Shown: piece by piece, positions 45,003-51,432 of the stretch
How the letters are laid out: each line of letters opens with the position of its first letter
Numbering within the stretch: position 1 is the stretch's first letter
Assembly (NCBI GenBank): GCA_964543735.1
Contig: CAZJAG010000003.1
Coordinates: 1-51,432 of the forward strand
Length of the DNA stretch: 51,432 bases
Reading direction: 5' to 3'
Origin: an uncultured Porphyrobacter sp.
GTDB lineage: Bacteria; Pseudomonadota; Alphaproteobacteria; Sphingomonadales; Sphingomonadaceae
Position numbers and translations under genes: made by a program
The notes under the pieces: model-generated
Seen by the model: only the letters and a program-made list of their open reading frames with translations
The model's database searches: none
Told to the model about the DNA's origin: nothing

Positions 45003-45319
45003 TGGACAATAATCTGGTCGGCCATTTGCGGCAAATGATTGCCGCTTTGGAAGATGAGCGGCAAGCGCTTGCCACGCTCGATCTTGATCAGCTCAACGAA
45101 GCGGTTCAGGCAAAAGAGACCTTGTGCAATGCGCTCGACGGATATGGCGCAGATGCGCTGGATGCCGAAACGCGTCCTCTGCTCGCCGCTGCAAGGCAGC
45201 TCAATGAGATCAACCAGCGTGTGCGCAATCTGCTGGCCGCAAATGTCGCCAACCGGCTTGAGGCATTGGGCGTTCCGCAGCCCAGCTACCGTGTGCAAAG
45301 GCTGGCCGCCCGCGCCTAA
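45002..45319 (+). CDS. flgN: FlgN-like chaperone
   Basis: L..ERQAL, ARQLNEIN; coupled to flgM. Confidence 0.78.
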   Translation: MDNNLVGHLRQMIAALEDERQALATLDLDQLNEAVQAKETLCNALDGYGADALDAETRPLLAAARQLNEINQRVRNLLAANVANRLEALGVPQPSYRVQRLAARA

Positions 45320-45355
45320 AAGGCAGCCTAGGATCAATGCGTAGGGCGCGCGTTC

Positions 45356-45371
45356 TGGCATGGGTGTTGCA
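45356..45371 (+). promoter_or_regulatory. sigma54 promoter of slt-flhA-fliA
   Basis: TGGCAT-GGGTG-TTGCA. Confidence 0.75.
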
Positions 45372-45412
45372 AAGCGCAAGGGCATGTAACCTCGTGCCGA
45401 AAGCGCCCTACC

Positions 45413-46423
45413 ATGACCGAAACGAACCAGCTCTCTGCCGCAGCGCGCGCGCGCTCCAATGTGCAAAGCGCGGTTCATCAGGCGGCACAACGAACCTCGA
45501 TCGATTTCGATTTCCTGCTGGCACAGGCGCGGCTTGAATCCGGTCTGCGGCCCAATGCCAAGGCCCGCACATCAAGCGCGACGGGATTGTTCCAGTTCAT
45601 CGAGAGCACATGGCTGGCGACGATGAAACGGCATGGCCCCTCGCTCGGGTTTGGCGATGTCGCTGCGTCAATCAAGCAATCGGGCAATCGCTTTTACGTG
45701 GCTGATCCCGGGCAGCGCCGCAACATTCTCAACCTGCGCAAAGACCCGCAAATCGCATCGCTGATGGCAGGCGCTCTGGCGCAGGACAATCGCGAGGCCT
45801 TGTTGCCTGTGCTGGGGCGCGAGCCGCAACCCACAGAACTCTACATGGCGCATTTTCTGGGTGCAGGCGATGCGCGCCGCTTCTTCTCCGAGCTTCACCG
45901 CAATCCCACGCAATCAGCGCCCGCGCTGTTCCCCCGCCCTGCCTCTGCCAATCAGTCGATCTTCTTCCAGCGCAATGGCGCAGAGCGCAATCTGGGCGAG
46001 GTTCTGGGTCTGATGCAGCGCAAGATGAACCGGGCGATTGCCGCCAATGACCGGATGCCTCAACCCCTTCAACAACCTCTCCAACAAACCAGCCCTCAGC
46101 CAGCGCGCTATGCTCAACCTGCACCCCAGCTTCAGCGCCAGCCCTGGATTGAGCCGCAGATCGATGCCGTCATGGGTGTGCGCGGCGAGGGAGACTATCC
46201 AAGGCAGGCAGCGCGCTCGATCCCGCCAGCGTCTCGTCCCTCATATGGCGGCGTTGCCTTGCCGAACGAGCTACCGCCCGCACCGCGATTGCCCGAACCG
46301 CCCCCGCCGCCCTTGTCCGAAATGCTGCGCCAGACTTTCACTCCGCGCGGATACGGGCCGAGCGAAGGCGCGCAAGAGCAGATGCGCCGCGCCTATGACA
46401 AAATGAAAGCGCTTGGCCTGTGA
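45413..46423 (+). CDS. Flagellum-associated lytic transglycosylase (SLT domain)
   Basis: ARLES, SSATGLFQFIESTW, YMAHFLG; Pro/Gln-rich tail. Confidence 0.88.
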   Translation: MTETNQLSAAARARSNVQSAVHQAAQRTSIDFDFLLAQARLESGLRPNAKARTSSATGLFQFIESTWLATMKRHGPSLGFGDVAASIKQSGNRFYVADPGQRRNILNLRKDPQIASLMAGALAQDNREALLPVLGREPQPTELYMAHFLGAGDARRFFSELHRNPTQSAPALFPRPASANQSIFFQRNGAERNLGEVLGLMQRKMNRAIAANDRMPQPLQQPLQQTSPQPARYAQPAPQLQRQPWIEPQIDAVMGVRGEGDYPRQAARSIPPASRPSYGGVALPNELPPAPRLPEPPPPPLSEMLRQTFTPRGYGPSEGAQEQMRRAYDKMKALGL

Positions 46424-48576
46424 TCTTCAATTGGTCGAAAGCGCCGATCGCGCTTGCTGTTCCCATGGGCATTTTGGTGCTGTTCGTGTTGATGGTGCTG
46501 CCCATCCCCACGCTGCTGCTCGACATATTGCTGGTCTTCAACATCGCAATGTCGGTGGCGATTTTGATGGTGGCCTTGAATTCGCGCAAGCCATTGGACT
46601 TTTCCGCCTTCCCCACCGTTTTGCTCTTCGCAACTTTGCTCAGGCTGGCGCTGAATGTCGCTTCGACCCGCATCGTACTGGTCAACGGGCACGAGGGCGG
46701 CGCGGCAGCGGGCGCTGTAATTGACAGTTTTGGCGCATTTCTGGTCGGCGGGAATTTCGCCGTTGGCCTGTTCGTTTTCGCGATCCTTTTGATCATCAAT
46801 ATGATCGTGATTACCAAAGGCGCAGGCCGCGTCTCGGAAGTCTCCGCCCGCTTTGTGCTCGATGCCTTGCCCGGCAAGCAGATGGCAATCGATGCCGACA
46901 TTGCCGCAGGCGTGATCGACCCTGACGAAGCGCGCAAACGCCGCAGCGAAGTGACGGTCGAGGCGGATTTCTACGGTTCGATGGATGGCGCGAGCAAATT
47001 CGTCAAAGGCGATGCGATTGCTGCATTGCTGATCCTTGGCGTCAATGTGATCGCCGGATTTACTCTGGGCATGCTCAGCCATGACCTAAGCGCCAGCGAA
47101 GCCGCGTCGCGCTATGTCACTTTGGCTGTGGGCGATGCTTTGGTGGCGCAGGTTCCCGCCCTGCTGCTTTCTATCGCTGCCGCCGCGATTGTCACAAGGG
47201 TTAGCGATACGCGCGATCTGGTCGGGCAGATATCGGGCCAGTTCGCAGACCCGCGCGGCTGGTTGCCGGTTGCTATGATCCTTGGCGCAATCGGGCTTGT
47301 TCCTGATATGCCGCAAACGATCTTCCTGCCCGCAGCTGCGATTGCAGGCGCGATCTGGTGGCAATTGCGCAATCGCGCTTCGGAAGCTGAAGTGGTCGAA
47401 GAGCCGCAGGACGAAACTCCGCCCGACCGGATCGAGGTGGACGAGGTTTCCGATCAGACACTCGTCACAGTCGAGCTGGGCTTTGGCCTCGTTCATTTGG
47501 TTGATGAGGCCAAGGGCGCGCCGCTGCTCGCGCGCATCACCGGCATTCGCAAACAGCTCAGCCGCGATTTCGGTTTTGTCCTGCCGCAGTTTCGCATTCG
47601 CGATGCAATGGAGCTTGCTGCCAATGATTACCGAGTGGTCATGGGCGGGGTCACGCTGGGCGCGGATCAGGTGCGCACTGGGCGCATTCTGGCGATTGAT
47701 TCAGGCGATGTCATCGCAGGCCATGCCATCAAGGGCGAGGCGGCTGTCGATCCCAGCTTTGGCTGCCCCGCATTGTGGATCGAGGAAAGCCAGCGCGACC
47801 ACGCAATTGCCGAAGGTTTTCTTACAGTGGATGCCAGCACGGTCATCGCCACCCATGTCAATCAGCTGTTGCTGGCGCATAGCGCGCAATTGCTGGGGCC
47901 GGAGCAGGTTCGCGCAATCCTCGACCATGCCAAGGAGCACAATCCGGGTCTGGTCGAAGCAATTTACCCCGATCCTATTTCGCTTGCAGGGCTGACCCGC
48001 ATCCTGCGCGCATTACTGGACGATGGTATTGGGATTGGGCATCCGGTGCCGATCCTCTCCAGCCTCGCGATTGCGCTCCAGCGCACGCAGGATTTCAACG
48101 AGCTGGTCGATGCGGTGCGCGCTGATCTGGGCGCGCAGATTATCGGCAATGTGTGCAAGCCGGGTGAGGCGCTGAAAGTCGCAACGCTCGATAGCGCATT
48201 GGAATCCGCCATCCTTGGTTCAATGCCCGATCCGGTGACGGGCCAGCCGCTGATCGAGCCAGAATGCGGGCGAATGATAACAGAGAAAATGCAGCAGGCC
48301 GTTGGCGAAACGGGTGGGCCCGTCGCGCTGATAGTCCAGCCACCTGCGCGCCGCGCGCTGGCCAATCTGTTGAAGATGCGCGTGCCCACTGCGCTGGTGC
48401 TCTCGATCCACGAACTGCCCGCAAGCCAGCCGGTAGACGTGATCGCGACAATCGCGCGCGAGGCTTTAGCACAGGACGCCTCCGATCAAACCGCTCCCCA
48501 AGCTAACGCGCCCCAACCGACCGCGCCCCAACCTAACGTCACGCAGCCCAACGCGGCGCAGGCAATAGCAGCATGA
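46420..48576 (+). CDS. flhA: FlhA
   Basis: RLALNVASTR, ITKGAGRVSEVSARF, PGKQMAIDAD, FYGSMDGASKFVKGDA. Confidence 0.97.
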   Translation: MIFNWSKAPIALAVPMGILVLFVLMVLPIPTLLLDILLVFNIAMSVAILMVALNSRKPLDFSAFPTVLLFATLLRLALNVASTRIVLVNGHEGGAAAGAVIDSFGAFLVGGNFAVGLFVFAILLIINMIVITKGAGRVSEVSARFVLDALPGKQMAIDADIAAGVIDPDEARKRRSEVTVEADFYGSMDGASKFVKGDAIAALLILGVNVIAGFTLGMLSHDLSASEAASRYVTLAVGDALVAQVPALLLSIAAAAIVTRVSDTRDLVGQISGQFADPRGWLPVAMILGAIGLVPDMPQTIFLPAAAIAGAIWWQLRNRASEAEVVEEPQDETPPDRIEVDEVSDQTLVTVELGFGLVHLVDEAKGAPLLARITGIRKQLSRDFGFVLPQFRIRDAMELAANDYRVVMGGVTLGADQVRTGRILAIDSGDVIAGHAIKGEAAVDPSFGCPALWIEESQRDHAIAEGFLTVDASTVIATHVNQLLLAHSAQLLGPEQVRAILDHAKEHNPGLVEAIYPDPISLAGLTRILRALLDDGIGIGHPVPILSSLAIALQRTQDFNELVDAVRADLGAQIIGNVCKPGEALKVATLDSALESAILGSMPDPVTGQPLIEPECGRMITEKMQQAVGETGGPVALIVQPPARRALANLLKMRVPTALVLSIHELPASQPVDVIATIAREALAQDASDQTAPQANAPQPTAPQPNVTQPNAAQAIAA
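48490..48564 (+). repeat. Five degenerate 15-bp tandem repeats in the flhA 3' end
   Basis: Units encode TAPQA/NAPQP/TAPQP/NVTQP/NAAQA. Confidence 0.7.
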
Positions 48577-49298
48577 AGCACGATCCCGCCTCTTTCAACG
48601 ATGCTGCGCGCGGTTATGGCTCGGCCAATGCCGCTCAAGTCGAGGACCGCGTGCGCCGCTTTGTCCCGATGGTGCGCCGCGCTGCATGGCACATTTACGG
48701 TGTTGGCCGCGAGGGGTTGGAAGTCGAAGATCTGGTGCAGGCCGGCATGATTGCGCTGACGGAATGCGCGATGCGGCATAGTGGCGATGGCGAGGATGGC
48801 TTTGCTGCCTATGCGAAAATGCGTGCGCGCGGGGCAATGTTTGACCTCATCCGCAAGCAAATGCTCGACAGCCGTGGGCGCGTAAAGAAGCGCAAGATTT
48901 ACGACGATACTGTGGCGCAGCTCACCCAATCGCTCGCCCGCGCCCCGAGCCGCGCTGAAATTGCTGCCGAGCTGGGATGCAGCGAGGGGGAACTGGGCGA
49001 ATATGAAGCAGCGGCCACTCGGCTCACCTCGCTCGATGATGCTTATGATGAGAACAGCACAGCCTTTGCCGATGATGCGCCCGACCCGTTCGACATGCTG
49101 GTGGGGCAGGAGGATCGTGGGCGGTTGGCGGTCGCCATTGCCGATTTGCCCGAGCGGCTACAATTGGTTTTGCAATTGTTCTTTGTCGAGGAGCTGAACC
49201 TCACCGAGATTGCCGAAGTGCTGGAGGTCTCCGTTCCGCGCGTCCATCAATTGCGCGGACAGGCGCTGAAGAAACTGAAAGAGATGCTGGCCGAATAG
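48573..49298 (+). CDS. fliA: Sigma28 FliA
   Basis: EDLVQAG, AYAKMRARGAMFD, EELNLTEIAEVL.VS..RVHQL. Confidence 0.93.
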   Translation: MKHDPASFNDAARGYGSANAAQVEDRVRRFVPMVRRAAWHIYGVGREGLEVEDLVQAGMIALTECAMRHSGDGEDGFAAYAKMRARGAMFDLIRKQMLDSRGRVKKRKIYDDTVAQLTQSLARAPSRAEIAAELGCSEGELGEYEAAATRLTSLDDAYDENSTAFADDAPDPFDMLVGQEDRGRLAVAIADLPERLQLVLQLFFVEELNLTEIAEVLEVSVPRVHQLRGQALKKLKEMLAE

Positions 49299-49352
49299 CC
49301 TAGCAGTTTGGTGCTTGCCTAGCCGTGGTGGCCGCTGGCAAAGCCCTCTCCC

Positions 49353-50162
49353 ATGAAACAGGCACAAGATTTTCGCGAAGAATGCGAAAGCATCGAAGCG
49401 CTTTTGCGCAAGCTCTCGGACAAGGATTTTGACCGCGTGGGCGGGTTCAAGGATTGGACTTTCAACCGTATCCTCACGCACCTCCACACGTTCAACGATG
49501 CGGCTTATCTGGCGCTCACACAGGTCAGCGAGGGGGGTGACGGCTTTGCCGAGTTTACGCGCAATCTCGGGGCGAAAGCGGGCGCAATGGATATGGCCCA
49601 GATCGAGGCGGAATATTGTGACGGACTGACCGGCGCAGCGCTGCTCGATCTATGGGCGAGCTTCTACCCCAAACTGGCCGATGCCTTTGCCGAGGCTGAT
49701 CCCAAAGCGCGCTTGCCATGGTTCGGGCCCGAGATGAGCGCGCGCTCTTCCATAACCGCTCGGCTGATGGAAACTTGGAGCCATGCGCAGGCGATCTATG
49801 ACGAGCTGGGGCTGGATCGACAGTCCACTGACGGGATCGAGAATATCGCGGTGCTCGGCCTCAATACCTATGGCTGGACGTTCATCAATCGCAAGCTGCC
49901 CGTGCCTGATCCGCGCCCGCAATTGGTGCTAACCGCGCCTTCTGGAGCTGTTTGGACGCTGGGCGAGGAAGCGGGCGAGGAGCGGATATCTGGCTCGGCT
50001 GAAGAGTTTTGCCAAGTGGTCACGCAGACGCGCAATGTGGCGGATACATCGCTTGAAGTCTCAGGCGAAAACGCGAAGCAGTGGATGGCGATTGCGCAAT
50101 GCTTTGCCGGCGCGCCCAATGACCCGCCGCCGCCCGGAACCCGCAAAAAACGAGAGCGCTAG
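49353..50162 (+). CDS. TIGR03084-like DinB/MDMPI-family metal-binding protein
   Basis: WT...ILTHLH, LPWFGP.MS.RS.ITARLMETWSH, AQCFAG. Confidence 0.8.
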   Translation: MKQAQDFREECESIEALLRKLSDKDFDRVGGFKDWTFNRILTHLHTFNDAAYLALTQVSEGGDGFAEFTRNLGAKAGAMDMAQIEAEYCDGLTGAALLDLWASFYPKLADAFAEADPKARLPWFGPEMSARSSITARLMETWSHAQAIYDELGLDRQSTDGIENIAVLGLNTYGWTFINRKLPVPDPRPQLVLTAPSGAVWTLGEEAGEERISGSAEEFCQVVTQTRNVADTSLEVSGENAKQWMAIAQCFAGAPNDPPPPGTRKKRER

Positions 50163-50165
50163 CCG

Positions 50166-51254
50166 CTACTCGCCAAAGCCCAGGCTCTCGCGCACAGCAG
50201 CGTTAACGATCTTGCCTTCATGCACATTCAATCCGGGCAACAGATAGGGGTCTTCTTCGCACGCTTTCACGCCTCTGTCCGCCAGCGCCAATCCAAACGG
50301 CAGCGTCGCATTGTTGAGCGCGTAAGAGGAAGTGAGCGGCACAGCGCCCGGCATATTCGCAACGCAATAATGGATGATATTGTCGACATTGTAAGTCGGC
50401 GTGTCATGCGTTGTAGGCTTCGACGTTTCAAAGCATCCACCCTGATCAATCGCGACATCGACCAGCACCGCGCGCGGCTTCATCAGACCCAGCATCTCGC
50501 GCGTCACCAGATGCGGCGCGCTCGCGCCCGGGATCAGGACAGCGCCGATCACAACGTCGGCATCGTCCAAGCTTTGTTCAATCGTCGATGTGGTGGAATA
50601 GCGCGTGGTGACACGGCCATGGAACATGTCATCAAGCTCGCGGATGCGCGGCAGCGAGCGGTCAAAAATCTCGACCCGCGCGCCCATCCCTGCGGCAATC
50701 CGTGCCGCTTGCGTGCCGACAACCCCGCCGCCCAGCACGACGACTTTCGCAGGCAGCACTCCGGGCACGCCGCCCATCAAAGTACCGCGCCCGCCATTGT
50801 TTGCGCGAAGGGCCTGCGCGCCGGCCTCGATTGAAAGCCTGCCAGCGACCTCGCTCATCGGGGCGAGCAGCGGCAGCGAGCCATCGGGCGCGCTCACAGT
50901 CTCGTAAGCGACCGCGCTGCACCCGCTTTCCATCAGCCCCTTGGCCTGATCAGGGTCAGGCGCGAGATGCAGATAGGTGAACAGCAATTGCCCTTCGGAA
51001 AGCTGCGCCCATTCGGATGGTTGGGGTTCTTTCACCTTCACGATCATGTCCGCACGGGTGAACACTTCCTGCGCTGTATCAACGATTTCAGCGCCCGCTG
51101 CGACATAGACATCATCGGGCTTGGAAATGCCGATCCCTGCCCCGCTTTCCACGATGACATCGTGACCGTGCTTCACATATTCGCGCACGGCCTCGGGCGT
51201 TAGGCCAACGCGAAATTCCAAGGTTTTGATCTCTTTGGGAACGCCAACAAGCAT
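50166..51254 (-). CDS. ald: Alanine dehydrogenase
   Basis: GVPKEIK..E.RV, KVKEP, FTYLHLA, LLAPMSEVAGR, DVAIDQGG, VANMPGAV. Confidence 0.96.
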   Translation of the reverse strand: MLVGVPKEIKTLEFRVGLTPEAVREYVKHGHDVIVESGAGIGISKPDDVYVAAGAEIVDTAQEVFTRADMIVKVKEPQPSEWAQLSEGQLLFTYLHLAPDPDQAKGLMESGCSAVAYETVSAPDGSLPLLAPMSEVAGRLSIEAGAQALRANNGGRGTLMGGVPGVLPAKVVVLGGGVVGTQAARIAAGMGARVEIFDRSLPRIRELDDMFHGRVTTRYSTTSTIEQSLDDADVVIGAVLIPGASAPHLVTREMLGLMKPRAVLVDVAIDQGGCFETSKPTTHDTPTYNVDNIIHYCVANMPGAVPLTSSYALNNATLPFGLALADRGVKACEEDPYLLPGLNVHEGKIVNAAVRESLGFGE

Positions 51255-51432
51255 GGGGGAGAACTCCTCTCGCTGAGAAGCCCTCCCCATACACGTCCCT
51301 CAATCGGGCCGCAACAATATTACAATAGCAAGGTGTTTCGTTACCCGCCTTTTCGGCTATCTTCGGCAGCTGCCGCGACGTCAGATGGCCAAGTGACCTG
51401 CGTTTGCGTTTGCGGGTTGAACACGTCGCCGG

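Overview
Alphaproteobacterial chromosome window; gene content and synteny suggest Sphingomonadales/Erythrobacteraceae (inference). (1) 1-10,460 is an accessory, visibly more AT-rich island. It holds a damaged IS3/IS481-type transposase carrying tiny hairpin insertions, an att-like end with 21-bp-periodic TTCCCG boxes, and an 8-gene minus-strand cluster: fatty-acid hydroxylase/desaturase, rhodanese, secreted CxxC protein, GT-C/GT2 fusion, DUF547, TIGR04282-like transferase, ArsS-like radical SAM enzyme and a second DUF547. The cluster is bracketed by two inward-facing IS ends and followed by a hlyD remnant. (2) 10,993-49,298 is a ~38 kb flagellar cluster with a FleQ/sigma54/FliA-FlgM hierarchy, shortened FlgE/FlgD/FlgJ/FliC, and no che or flhFG genes. 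Embedded extras are a hybrid histidine kinase, a MITE that truncates fliJ, a HAD-phosphatase/phosphoribosyltransferase (ribofuranosyltransferase-like) gene next to fliC, a second reduced MotA/MotB-like pair, a diguanylate cyclase and a lytic transglycosylase. (3) maoC, a TIGR03084-like gene and ald flank the cluster. The best candidates for undescribed biology are the radical-SAM/DUF547/GT-C envelope-modification operon and possible ribofuranosylation of flagellin. All calls come from motif recognition; no database searches were run.
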